From positions 260,824-324,823 of the forward strand of contig JAUSNP010000006.1 in NCBI GenBank assembly GCA_030645735.1: DNA of 64,000 nt. Direction: 5' to 3'. Each line of letters begins with the position of its first letter. The first letter of the stretch is position 1. Both the position numbers and the translations under genes were made by a program. This document shows, in pieces, positions 46,729 through 55,827 of the stretch. The notes under the pieces are model-generated. The model saw only the letters and a program-made list of their open reading frames with translations, had not been told where the DNA came from and did not search any database. This DNA is from Candidatus Moraniibacteriota bacterium (GTDB lineage: Bacteria; Patescibacteriota; Minisyncoccia; Moranbacterales; UBA2206).

Positions 46729-46800
46729 AGCCGCCTTTCGGATTCGAACCGAAAACCTACTGTTTACAAAACAGTTGCTCTACCGTTGAGCTAAGGCGGC
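46729..46800 (-). tRNA. tRNA-Thr (anticodon TGT)
   Basis: GCCGCCTTAGCTCAACGGTAGAGCAACTGTTTTGTAAACAGTAGGTTTTCGGTTCGAATCCGAAAGGCGGCT. Confidence 0.75.
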
Positions 46801-46845
46801 ATAAATTTTTAAAACACCAATAACCAAACATCAAATCACAAAATT

Positions 46846-47625
46846 CTATCTTCTGTGCATAATTGTCTCCAATCTTTTCATGCGATATCTAACATTGCGA
46901 TTTTTCGGATCTAATTTCAAAACTTGCTTGAAACATTCCTTGGCATCATTCAAACTGTCAATTTCCATATAATATTCCCCTAGTCTTTCATAGGCTTCCG
47001 TGTCTTTCGGGTTAGCCGCGATTCTTTCAATCAAAAGATCTTCCAAACGGTCTTTCATTTCCGTGCGCGCTTGCGGAGTCACCACTCGGTCGCTCACAGT
47101 CGGTCTAATCACCTTTTCTTCCTGATTTATCACAACTGCCTGCTGCTCGGCTTTGCTAGCCTCAATCTTATCAGAAGAAACAGATTTTTTCAATCTATTC
47201 AGATAACCAGCTTTCTTTTCCGGTTGATAATTTTTAACCTTATTTATTATATCATCTTCTTCGATATTTTCTAGTGTTGCTCTATTCTTTTCAATTTGTT
47301 TCGAATTGCCATTTCTTGTGTTACGAATTGAATCGCCTAAATCCTTCGAGTGACTTTCTAATTTCAAAAACACTATGCGAGCTCTGCGAGTCATTTTTTC
47401 CAAAACAATCAACAAAAAATGCTTGATATCATTCCAATGGATATTCTTTGTTCGAATAATAATTCGACGAAAAAATCCAGCCTCAGCCAACATTTCGATT
47501 CTTTCTTGGTCTAGCATCGCCGAATCATCCAAATTAGCAACTTGAGGCGCCTTCTTCATAAAAAAAATTACGATTCCGACCAAACTCAGGATTATTAATA
47601 TTGGAGGTATGATTTGATACAACAT
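46846..47625 (-). CDS. Membrane-anchored TPR-repeat protein
   Basis: N-terminal transmembrane helix and C-terminal TPR-like helices (AYERLGEYYMEIDSLNDAKECFKQVLKLDPKN). Confidence 0.5.
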   Translation of the reverse strand: MLYQIIPPILIILSLVGIVIFFMKKAPQVANLDDSAMLDQERIEMLAEAGFFRRIIIRTKNIHWNDIKHFLLIVLEKMTRRARIVFLKLESHSKDLGDSIRNTRNGNSKQIEKNRATLENIEEDDIINKVKNYQPEKKAGYLNRLKKSVSSDKIEASKAEQQAVVINQEEKVIRPTVSDRVVTPQARTEMKDRLEDLLIERIAANPKDTEAYERLGEYYMEIDSLNDAKECFKQVLKLDPKNRNVRYRMKRLETIMHRR

Positions 47626-47626
47626 A

Positions 47627-48403
47627 TTACTTTATATCTTCTTTTTTTACTGATACATATTTGCCTGTTTCCAGTTTCACCTTGATTTCCTGCGTGATGG
47701 CATTCACTTCAATCACAAAACCTTTCCCTTCGGTCGTGTTCACCGTGCTATGCAATTCTGGCATACCTACTAACATTTCTTTATATTGTTGTGCTTCATA
47801 CACTAAGCAACACATGAGTCGTCCACATAAGCCAGAAATTCGATCCGTTCCGCGATGAGCAATTTGCTGAACTCTAGCCATATCAGTAGTGATGCTTTGC
47901 ATATTCCCGCCATTTCTCACACAGCACAATTCCCGACCGCAAATGCCATAGCCACCCAATTTTCGCGCTTCATCTCGAGAACCAATTTGTTGCATACGAA
48001 TTGATTTCTTGAATTGCTTGGACAAATTTTTCACCAAATCACGGAAGTCAATGCGACCATCGGCCGTAAAGGCAAAAACAATTTGTTTGCCATCCAAGCT
48101 CAAGCGCACATCAATCAATTTCATTTCCAAACCAGTGGTTTTGATTTCCGCACGACACACATCCAAGCATTCTTTTTTCTGACTTTCCTGTTGCGCAAAA
48201 ACTTCTCGATCTCTTTCTGTGGCAACACGCAAAATTCTGTCTTTCGGTTCATCTTTTGTGTCCACTTCTACATCCTCCACAATTCCGATTTCATTAGAAT
48301 ATTCCGTGGCAACGATAACCTTATCGCCTTTCGCCAATTTATAATCACTTGCGTATAATTTGGGATTTTCCCAGGAATATAAACTAACTAAGACTTTAAT
48401 CAT
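47627..48403 (-). CDS. PSP1 C-terminal domain protein (RicT/YaaT-like)
   Basis: Cysteine-cluster motifs GICGRELCC and LCGRLMCCL. Confidence 0.6.
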   Translation of the reverse strand: MIKVLVSLYSWENPKLYASDYKLAKGDKVIVATEYSNEIGIVEDVEVDTKDEPKDRILRVATERDREVFAQQESQKKECLDVCRAEIKTTGLEMKLIDVRLSLDGKQIVFAFTADGRIDFRDLVKNLSKQFKKSIRMQQIGSRDEARKLGGYGICGRELCCVRNGGNMQSITTDMARVQQIAHRGTDRISGLCGRLMCCLVYEAQQYKEMLVGMPELHSTVNTTEGKGFVIEVNAITQEIKVKLETGKYVSVKKEDIK

Positions 48404-48494
48404 AAACTCACTAACTCAATACGAATTATTAACTAATCAACACGAATTTTCGCTTCCATTCGTTTTTCATTAGCTTCCAATTCGCGAGTCTCTA

Positions 48495-49079
48495 TTATAC
48501 TTCCAAGCGGGAAAATTCTCCAACTTGAATGTTTTCTCCTATTTTACTTATCTTTTCTGTAATCAATTCTCCCACAGTTTGATCAGGATTCTTCACAAAC
48601 GGTTGAGTCAACAAAGAAATTTCTTCACGGAATTTCTTTTCCTTGCCCTCCAAAATCGTTTTCATAATATCTTCCGGTTTTTTTTCTTCCGCCAATTGCG
48701 CTGTCCAAATTTCTCTTTCTTTTTCCACCAATTCAGTTGGGACTTCTTCCGGTTTCAGATATTTTGGAGAGGCTGCTGTGATGTGCATTGCAATGTCTTG
48801 CGCCAAAGCTTTGAATTCCTCATTGCGTCCAACAAAGTCAGTTTCGCAAAGAAGCTTCACAACTGCACCCACACGTCCATTGGAATGGATATATGATGCA
48901 ATCACGCCTTCGCCAGCTACTCGATCAGATTTCTTCATGGCTTTTTCCTGGCCTCTTTTTCTCAGAATTTCAATTGCTTTTTGATCATCGCCTTGCGCTT
49001 CGTCTAATGCCTTTTTAACCTCCACAACTCCAGCACCAGTTCTTTCGCGTAAGTTTTTTATTTGTTCTAATGTACTCAT
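48495..49079 (-). CDS. tsf: Elongation factor Ts (short form)
   Basis: MSTLEQIKNLRERTGAGVVEVKKAL... from the ATG at 49079. The listed ORF begins at an upstream GTG. Confidence 0.85.
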   Translation of the reverse strand: MSTLEQIKNLRERTGAGVVEVKKALDEAQGDDQKAIEILRKRGQEKAMKKSDRVAGEGVIASYIHSNGRVGAVVKLLCETDFVGRNEEFKALAQDIAMHITAASPKYLKPEEVPTELVEKEREIWTAQLAEEKKPEDIMKTILEGKEKKFREEISLLTQPFVKNPDQTVGELITEKISKIGENIQVGEFSRLEV

Positions 49080-49186
49080 TTTTTTATACCGATTCGAACC
49101 CACGAATGAATGCGAATCTACGAACTTATTTTTTAATTTTTATTCGCGATTATTCGAGCCACATTAGCGTCGATTCGCGAGTTATA

Positions 49187-50011
49187 TTATTTAGCTTCTG
49201 TTTTAGCAGTAGCTACAGTTTCTTTCATTGTTTTGGCTTTTTCTTTTCCAGCCAAAACTGCTTTTGTTACATAGGCAATCATCAAACGAAGGGCTGAAAC
49301 AGCATCTTCATTGGATGGAATTGGATAATCGATGTTGTTTGGATTTACATTGGTGTCAACCAAAGCGATGATTGGAATGTTTCTTTTCATAGCTTCTTTG
49401 ATAGCCAAATCATCCTCAATCACACCAGTTACAAAAATTGCCGCTGGAAGTTTCATCATGTTCTTGATTCCACCCATTCTTCGCTCCAATCTTTCCAATT
49501 CCTCAGCAATTTTCATTTGTTCAAATTTGGTATATTTTTCATATTCACCATTTTTGGTTTTCAATTCTCCATCACGCAAGAATCTGGTTCGGCCTGACAT
49601 CACGCCGAAGTTAGTGAAAGTTCCACCCAACCATCGGTCAATCACGAAAGGTGATCCACATTTTCTTGCAGCTGATTCAACTAATTTCTTGGCTTGCTTT
49701 TTTGTTCCTACAAAAAGGACTTCTTGACCTTCAGAAACAATCTTTTCAATGAAAGTTGAGGCTTCTTGCAATTTAGCAACCGTCTTTTGCAAATCTAGGA
49801 TATTTACACCATTTCGAGTACCGAAGATGTATTCATCCATTTTTGGGTTTTTTCTTGATTTTTGGTGTCCGAAATGTACACCAGCTTTCAACATCGAATT
49901 CATATCGATGGTCAAACCGGCAAAATCAAAATCAGCGAAATAGTCTTCGCTGGCCTTTTTTGAAACTGGTTCCACTACAGCAGTTTCCACTGTTTTCTTT
50001 TCCTCTGTCAT
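49187..50011 (-). CDS. rpsB: 30S ribosomal protein S2 with an N-terminal extension
   Basis: LKAGVHFGHQKSRKNPKMDEYIFGTRNGVNILDLQKT. Confidence 0.9.
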   Translation of the reverse strand: MTEEKKTVETAVVEPVSKKASEDYFADFDFAGLTIDMNSMLKAGVHFGHQKSRKNPKMDEYIFGTRNGVNILDLQKTVAKLQEASTFIEKIVSEGQEVLFVGTKKQAKKLVESAARKCGSPFVIDRWLGGTFTNFGVMSGRTRFLRDGELKTKNGEYEKYTKFEQMKIAEELERLERRMGGIKNMMKLPAAIFVTGVIEDDLAIKEAMKRNIPIIALVDTNVNPNNIDYPIPSNEDAVSALRLMIAYVTKAVLAGKEKAKTMKETVATAKTEAK

Positions 50012-50184
50012 TTTATTGTGTCCTTAATTTATTATTTCCCGTCCCGAGTACTCGGGACTGAGACCGCTACTTTTTGTTTAAATTTAGCCCTTATTCCCTC
50101 TTTAGCTTGAGCTAGAAAGGGCAGGAATAGGCCCAAAAAGTATGTGTTTTTTATACCTAGATAGTATATCAGCCCCCTCACCCC

Positions 50185-50213
50185 TTGTCAATTCCACCTA
50201 CTCATGCTAGACT
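50185..50213 (+). promoter_or_regulatory. Promoter candidate for rpmE
   Basis: TTGTCA, 17-nt spacer, TAGACT. The perfect palindrome GTCCCGAGTACTCGGGAC lies upstream at 50040-50057. Confidence 0.3.
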
Positions 50214-50294
50214 CTATAGGTAATTTAAACCACTATTATATAACTATAATCCGTATAAAACAGTTTTGTGCGTGATTTGTAATTTTGTAGACAT

Positions 50295-50549
50295 ATGAAA
50301 AAGAAGATCCACCCAGAGTACCATGAAGACGCGAAAATCACTTGCGCTTGTGGCAATATTATTGAAACGGGCTCAGTAGTCAAGGAAATGAAGGTTGACA
50401 TTTGCAGCGCTTGTCATCCTTTCTACACTGGCAAGAAGAAATCACTCGACACAACTGGTCGCGTTGATCGCTTCAAGAAGCTGGCTGAAAAAGCTGAAGC
50501 TAAAAAAATTGTCAAGAAAACAACTCGAGTTTCAAAAAACAAGAAATAA
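50295..50549 (+). CDS. rpmE: 50S ribosomal protein L31
   Basis: [27 protein letters not shown]...[13 protein letters not shown]. Confidence 0.9.
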   Translation: MKKKIHPEYHEDAKITCACGNIIETGSVVKEMKVDICSACHPFYTGKKKSLDTTGRVDRFKKLAEKAEAKKIVKKTTRVSKNKK

Positions 50550-50574
50550 TCTCACTTCGATATCAAAAAACTCA

Positions 50575-50820
50575 TCCGCAAGGGTGAGTTTTTTGATTAC
50601 ACGTCATTTTTATTTCATAAAAATTACGGTTTGTCCATTTTCTTTGGCAGCAAAGAAAGTGGACGAAAAGAAACTGCTGCCCAGACTCGTGCTGTCTAAA
50701 TTTCTAGCGTACTCGCTAAAATTCCAATAAGAACGCTAAAAGGAAAACTAGTATGTAATTTCTTAACGCTCGTGCGCTGAAATTTAGAAACGCACTTCGT
50801 TATGGGCGAAAGTTTTTTTT
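50575..50820 (-). repeat. Dispersed ~250-bp intergenic repeat, copy B, inverted relative to copy A
   Basis: The reverse complement aligns at about 75% to 55290-55550 (GTGCGTTTCTAAATT...GAGCGTTAAGAAATT...AATTTTAGYGAG...TTTAGACAGCAC...CTTTGCTGCCAAAGAAAATGGAC). It includes a terminal terminator hairpin. Confidence 0.6.
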
Positions 50821-51724
50821 AAATTTTAAATATTAATTCGGCCGTCATTCCCTGTTTACGTTTGCGGTGCTTGATGGCACCTAGGAAGTGCGATTCTTTT
50901 TCAGTGAAACCAACTGAGACAATTAGATTTTGCCATCGTTCTATTGATTTATATTGCATTGTCCAAGGCATGTAGGTGTTTTGTAGATTCATCAACCAAT
51001 CATTGATGAACAAAAATTTTATTTTGTCTTCTGGGGACAACTGCAAGAAATCAGCGGTCACCTCTGACATTTGCAAATTGAATTTGGCCAAATATTTTTC
51101 GATTTCTTCCACTTCACAATTTGTCTCCGGAAAAGATTCTTCAAAAACGATTAGTTTCCCATCTGCCTTCAAAACCCGCCTGAGTTCTGCAAAAATCCCC
51201 TGCGACTCCTGCTCACTTTTCAAATGATGCAAAACCAGTTTGATTGTCACCAGATCCACTGACGCATCTACAATTTCACTCAGACTTCGGTGAAATTCAA
51301 TGCGGGTGTCCAGCCCATTCAAAACCGGCTGGCTCTTCAAATCAATTCCAATCAATTTTTTGATCTCCAAATTTTTCTCAGCCATGTTTTTCAAAAACGC
51401 CAATTTGCCACAACCGAAATCCAACATCGTTTCCACACCCCGCAAATCCTCTTCAATCATTTCCAAAAACATATCCCCTGGCTTGCCCAAGTCCAAGCTG
51501 TCATCGCGAAACTCTTTCAACTTTTTTTGATACAACTTGTTGATTTCTCGATTCGATCCAAGATTTTTGATTTCCGCAAAAAACGCTTCCACAAATTTTT
51601 CTGGGTCAATCAGATTTTCATGATTGGCAACCCAATGTTTTTTGAGCACAGCCAAAATATCCTTGGATGCCAAAATATCCAGAGGGTTTTTCAGTATTTC
51701 AGAATCAACAATATTCTTTAGCAT
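50819..51724 (-). CDS. Class I SAM-dependent methyltransferase
   Basis: 301 aa, motif I MLDFGCGKLAF. Confidence 0.6.
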   Translation of the reverse strand: MLKNIVDSEILKNPLDILASKDILAVLKKHWVANHENLIDPEKFVEAFFAEIKNLGSNREINKLYQKKLKEFRDDSLDLGKPGDMFLEMIEEDLRGVETMLDFGCGKLAFLKNMAEKNLEIKKLIGIDLKSQPVLNGLDTRIEFHRSLSEIVDASVDLVTIKLVLHHLKSEQESQGIFAELRRVLKADGKLIVFEESFPETNCEVEEIEKYLAKFNLQMSEVTADFLQLSPEDKIKFLFINDWLMNLQNTYMPWTMQYKSIERWQNLIVSVGFTEKESHFLGAIKHRKRKQGMTAELIFKI

Positions 51725-51733
51725 AAATCAGTT

Positions 51734-52288
51734 CTATTTTTTAGTTGCCAAGACATCCATATCACTAGCATCATGAACTGCTTCAATTATAGACTGCAAT
51801 TTATTTCTTATTTCATTCTCGTCACCAGTCCTTGGTATATTTGGCACAACTCCTGGCCTACCAGAAAGCGACCCGTCATTATCTCTGAAGAATCTAAATA
51901 ACAATTTTGCCGACCAACCAATTTCCATTATCTTATCAAAATGTTCTCTTTCGTGTTCAACAAGTTCCTGAGCTAACTCCTTATTATGCAATAGATCTGC
52001 TAGAAATTCCCTCATTTCATCCAAGCCACTAAGTTCAATCTCCCCTGGTTTTAAAATTCCAAATTGCGTTGAGTCATTAGCATTAAATTCTTGTAAGCTT
52101 ATGCGTCCATGAATAAAATTATTTACCGACATAGCAGATTCTTTATCTTCTGCTTCAACCTCAATGAGTTGTCGCGCCTCTTTCTTTGCTAAAAGAGTTC
52201 TAGCTACTAAATTTTGCAAATCCTCCTTTTCTACAAATGCATCTTTCTTACTTGGCTTATCATACATATTCACATGTGGTATTTCCAT
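51734..52288 (-). CDS. Hypothetical protein (184 aa)
   Basis: Intact ORF immediately upstream of the methyltransferase and co-directional with it. No recognised domain. Confidence 0.45.
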   Translation of the reverse strand: MEIPHVNMYDKPSKKDAFVEKEDLQNLVARTLLAKKEARQLIEVEAEDKESAMSVNNFIHGRISLQEFNANDSTQFGILKPGEIELSGLDEMREFLADLLHNKELAQELVEHEREHFDKIMEIGWSAKLLFRFFRDNDGSLSGRPGVVPNIPRTGDENEIRNKLQSIIEAVHDASDMDVLATKK

Positions 52289-52416
52289 AAAAGTAGTTAT
52301 TAAATAAATTAGATATTTTCACAAACCAATGTAATCTTTTTGACTTTATACCCTTAATAAAGTATAATCTACTAAGGTTTGAATGTAAATCAGACTATTT
52401 TAAAATAACAAAAAAC

Positions 52417-53478
52417 ATGAATCCGATTGCACTGGAAGTCAAAAAAGAATATGCCGAAATCGAAGCTCAGCTCAACTCGCCTGAGTTGCTTTCTGATATG
52501 CCAAAAATGGCCAAACTTGGCAAACGCCAAGCGGAGTTAGCTGACACGATGCGCCTCATTCAAGAAATGGAAACGATTGAAAAGAATATGAAAGACAATG
52601 CTGGCCTCATCAATGCAGATGAAGATGCTGAGATGAAACAAATGGCTATGGATGAAAACGTTCAACTGGCGCAAAGAAAAGAGCAAGTCGAAAAAGACTT
52701 GGAAGAATTGCTCATTCCCAAAGATCCCAACGATGACAAGAATATCATCGTGGAAATCCGTGCCGGTGCGGGTGGCGATGAATCAGCCTTGTTTTCGGCC
52801 GAACTTTTTCGCATGTATTCACGCTTGGCTGAAAAAAATGGTTGGCGTGTGGTTTTGCTCAACTCCAATGTCAATGGCGTAGGCGGATATAAGGAAGTCA
52901 CTTTTGAAATCAATGGTTTCGGTGTCTATGGCAAAATGAAATTTGAATCCGGCGTACATCGTGTGCAAAGAATCCCAGAAACAGAAAAGAATGGTCGCGT
53001 TCACACCTCCACTTCCACGGTAGCTGTTTTGCCTGAAGCGGAAGAAATGGATTTCAAATTGGATGACAACGACATTCGCGTAGACACTTTCTGTTCATCT
53101 GGTCCGGGCGGTCAATCAGTCAACACCACCAAGAGCGCTGTGCGCTTGACTCACATTCCCACAGGCCTGATTGTTTCCTGCCAAGATGAAAAATCACAAA
53201 TCAAGAACAAAGAAAAGGCCATGAAAGTTTTGCGTTCTCGCCTCTTGCAATTGGAAGAAGATCGTCGCGCCAAAGAATTGGGCGACGCGCGACGCGATCA
53301 AATTGGCACCGGTGACCGCAGTGAAAAAATCAGAACTTATAACTTCCCGCAAGACCGCATCACCGACCACCGCATCAAACAAAACTGGAGCAACATTCAT
53401 GGTGTCATGGAAGGCAATTTGGATGAAATTATCAAAGCCTTGGCTGAAGAAGAAAGAAAACTAAAAATGCAACAATAA
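52417..53478 (+). CDS. prfA: Peptide chain release factor 1
   Basis: GGQ motif ([11 protein letters not shown]) and an RF1-type tripeptide region, RVQRIPETE (PET in place of PAT/PVT). Confidence 0.85.
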   Translation: MNPIALEVKKEYAEIEAQLNSPELLSDMPKMAKLGKRQAELADTMRLIQEMETIEKNMKDNAGLINADEDAEMKQMAMDENVQLAQRKEQVEKDLEELLIPKDPNDDKNIIVEIRAGAGGDESALFSAELFRMYSRLAEKNGWRVVLLNSNVNGVGGYKEVTFEINGFGVYGKMKFESGVHRVQRIPETEKNGRVHTSTSTVAVLPEAEEMDFKLDDNDIRVDTFCSSGPGGQSVNTTKSAVRLTHIPTGLIVSCQDEKSQIKNKEKAMKVLRSRLLQLEEDRRAKELGDARRDQIGTGDRSEKIRTYNFPQDRITDHRIKQNWSNIHGVMEGNLDEIIKALAEEERKLKMQQ

Positions 53479-53576
53479 AAATAAAAAAAATAATCACTTT
53501 TGAGTTCTTATTTTTTATATACACAAATTCTAGGATTTAATTTAAAATTCTGGAAACAACATTGGGGAGATGAAAA

Positions 53577-53879
53577 ATGTCAGGAGGAAAGAAAAAGCTG
53601 GTTACACCTATTTGGGGAAATCCTTTTGAGGTCGACATATCCAATGAGGCCTGTGGCAAATTCGAATTTGTACACAACGATATTACGCAACATTTTGTGC
53701 ACGGTCAAGTCTTTAAACATCCACAACACGGAACTGGAGTTGTGGAGGGAGTTGCATCCTCAGTAGGCGGACCAGATCCTGGGCCTAATGTCCTTTGGAT
53801 AATCTTTGAAGAGGATGTGAAAAAATGTGGGAAATTGGTCGTATCCTTCTGCGCCGAAATCAAGGAAGTTTCTAAATGA
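53577..53879 (+). CDS. Hypothetical protein (100 aa)
   Basis: Strong Shine-Dalgarno GGGGAGATG. A downstream nested terminator hairpin plus T-run at 53895-53940. Confidence 0.45.
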   Translation: MSGGKKKLVTPIWGNPFEVDISNEACGKFEFVHNDITQHFVHGQVFKHPQHGTGVVEGVASSVGGPDPGPNVLWIIFEEDVKKCGKLVVSFCAEIKEVSK

Positions 53880-53948
53880 AGCTTTACCGCTTCAAGAACC
53901 GCCAAGAACCTAAATGGTTCCAGGCGGTTTTTTATTTAAAAATAGATA

Positions 53949-54290
53949 TCAGATATTCATCAACACCACACCCACCATTGCCAAGCTAATTCCAACCCCC
54001 TGTGTCAGGGAGATTTTTTCACCAAAGATAAGCAGGCCAGATAGGATAATTGTCAGTGAATAGAAAACGATATGGATGTTGCCCGCAATGCTCAAGTCCC
54101 AGTGACGTCGAAAGACAAAAATGAAAAAAGAAACTTGCACCAAAATCAGAAGCAGAATCACTGCCATCCATGGGCTTTTGAGCGCTGACCAGAAACTGCC
54201 AGTCAAAGCAATTCTTTTGATCAATGAATCAGCAATACCCACCGACACGCCAGCCATAATCACTGCCAATAATTGTAGAATATTCGGCAT
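53949..54290 (-). CDS. Small 4-TM membrane protein (SMR/EamA-like small transporter of the drug/metabolite transporter superfamily)
   Basis: 113 aa with four hydrophobic helices. Confidence 0.5.
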   Translation of the reverse strand: MPNILQLLAVIMAGVSVGIADSLIKRIALTGSFWSALKSPWMAVILLLILVQVSFFIFVFRRHWDLSIAGNIHIVFYSLTIILSGLLIFGEKISLTQGVGISLAMVGVVLMNI

Positions 54291-54363
54291 AAATTTGTCT
54301 GTTACACGAAGTTATGATATTGTTTAGCCTGTAATTTACTATGCTCATAGTAACATAAATCAG

Positions 54364-55272
54364 ATGCAAATCGAAACTATTGGTGACCTGCAAAAAGAAT
54401 ACTTTGGCAAAATCGATCATCTCGATTTGGATTTGATTGTGGCGCATTCAATCAAAAAAACTCGGGAATTCGTGATGTCACATCCCGAACACAAGCCCAC
54501 AGGCGCCCAATTGGCCAAAATCAAGACATTTGCCCAGCGAAGGGCCAAACACGAGCCCTTGGCCTATATTTTGGGTCACAAAGAGTTCTTCGGCCTGAAT
54601 TTCAAAGTTTCGCCGGATACCCTGATTCCCCGACCGGAAACGGAGTTGCTCGTTGAACTCGCAATGCAAAACGTGGAACGTGAAACACAAAACGCAAAAT
54701 CGTTACACGATATGCGTTACACGATATGTGACATCGGCACTGGCAGTGGGAATATAATAATCTCAGTTGCAAAAACAATGACCATTGACCGATTACCGAT
54801 GATCAACTTTTTTGCTATCGACATTTCCAAAGAGGCTTTGAAGATTGCCAAACAAAATGCCAAGATCAACGCAATTTCTGACAAAATAAAATTTATCCAT
54901 GGAAATCTATTAGATCCAATTATAAAAAATCCTACCAACTACCAACTACCAACTACCAACTTAGTTATTCTGGCTAATCTTCCCTACCTCTCTCAAGAGA
55001 TTTATTCCGCCACCCTGCCCAATGTCAAAAAGTTTGAACCCAAGTCCGCCCTCTGGAGCGCCAAAGAAGGTTTGGATCATTATGAAAAATTATTACAACA
55101 AATTGCAGAGCTAAAATCGTGTTATATATTTCATGTTTCATGTTTCATGGAAATTAGCCCCGAACAAAAAACCAAACTTCCCAAAATTATCAAAAAGCAT
55201 CTTCCTCAAGCAAAAACACAATTCCACAAAGACTTAGCTGGCAAGTGGAGAGTTTGTGCAATTAAAGTTTAA
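54364..55272 (+). CDS. prmC: Release factor glutamine N5-methyltransferase (HemK)
   Basis: LAYILGHKEFFGLNFKV, RPETE, DIGTGSGNI, and NLPY in place of NPPY. It contains a 7-bp x4 tandem repeat at 54932-54959. Confidence 0.75.
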   Translation: MQIETIGDLQKEYFGKIDHLDLDLIVAHSIKKTREFVMSHPEHKPTGAQLAKIKTFAQRRAKHEPLAYILGHKEFFGLNFKVSPDTLIPRPETELLVELAMQNVERETQNAKSLHDMRYTICDIGTGSGNIIISVAKTMTIDRLPMINFFAIDISKEALKIAKQNAKINAISDKIKFIHGNLLDPIIKNPTNYQLPTTNLVILANLPYLSQEIYSATLPNVKKFEPKSALWSAKEGLDHYEKLLQQIAELKSCYIFHVSCFMEISPEQKTKLPKIIKKHLPQAKTQFHKDLAGKWRVCAIKV

Positions 55273-55289
55273 AATTTAAAAAAATAAAT

Positions 55290-55575
55290 CCGCGCCTTGG
55301 CGTTAGTGCGTTTCTAAATTCCAGATTGTGAGCGTTAAGAAATTTTTCGCTGCTCCTCTTAGCGGAAAGTCGTCCCTAAAATTTTAGTGAGCAATCTGAG
55401 AATTTAGACAGCACAAGCCGGCGCCGGCGGTTTCTTTTTGCCACTTTCTTTGCCGCCAAAGAAAATGGCGAACTGTTTTCTTTGCTGCCAAAGAAAATGG
55501 ACACTCTGTTCTTTTGCTGCCAAAAGAAAGTTAGAGCTGAAAATCAAAAACCCGCATGTTAGCGGGTTTTTGATA
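55290..55575 (+). repeat. Dispersed ~250-bp intergenic repeat, copy A
   Basis: Conserved 5' block CCGCGCCTTGGCGTTAGTGCGTTTCTAAATT. Three tandem hairpins with CNGC loops (TTTCTTTGCCGCCAAAGAAA, TTTTCTTTGCTGCCAAAGAAAA, TTCTTTTGCTGCCAAAAGAAAG). A terminal terminator AAAAACCCGCATGTTAGCGGGTTTTT. Confidence 0.6.
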
Positions 55576-55671
55576 TGCTTTTAAGTTAATCATTCAGGAA
55601 CACTTATTCTGCCGGTACCAGCAAGATACTTGTTCTAGTAGATTAGTTAAAAGTTGATAGTTTATCTAAGA

Positions 55672-55827
55672 CTATTTCTTTTTCTTTTTTGCTACAACTT
55701 TCTTTTTAGCTACTTTCTTTACTGCCTTTTTAGCTACTTTTTTTACAGCTTTTTTTGCAACTTTTTTTACTGCCTTTTTTACAGCTTTTTTTGCAACTTT
55801 TTTTACTGCTTTCTTTTTTGCTGCCAT
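55672..55827 (-). CDS. Lys/Ala-rich histone H1-like 'KKAV' repeat DNA-binding protein (51 aa); not in the supplied ORF track
   Basis: Manual minus-strand translation from the ATG at 55825-55827: MAAKKKAVKKVAKKAVKKAVKKVAKKAVKKVAKKAVKKVAKKKVVAKKKKK, ending at TAG. Shine-Dalgarno AAGGAAGGTGA lies 8 nt upstream. Confidence 0.6.
   Translation of the reverse strand: MAAKKKAVKKVAKKAVKKAVKKVAKKAVKKVAKKAVKKVAKKKVVAKKKKK

Noticed and set aside
52417-53478. Alternative genetic code (UGA recoded) suggested by RF1-prmC prominence and the atypical PET tripeptide in RF1
   Set aside because: TGA clearly serves as a stop (the GT4 gene at 1198 ends ...KKLN-TGA), and standard-code ORFs give full-length, well-aligned proteins. 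RF2 is presumably encoded elsewhere.
54661-54740. Insertion of the rpmG-leader-like CGTGGAACG/ACGCAAAACG sequence into prmC
   Set aside because: The similarity is limited to short CG-containing words. The encoded stretch (QNVERETQNAKSLHDMRYT) falls in the normally variable linker of HemK and keeps the frame, so an insertion cannot be supported.
55420-55540. Possible CRISPR array (repeated TTTCTTTGCYGCCAAAGAAA hairpins)
   Set aside because: Only three units, with no regular repeat-spacer periodicity, and the units are palindromic hairpins and not direct repeats separated by unique spacers. No cas genes are present in the window.
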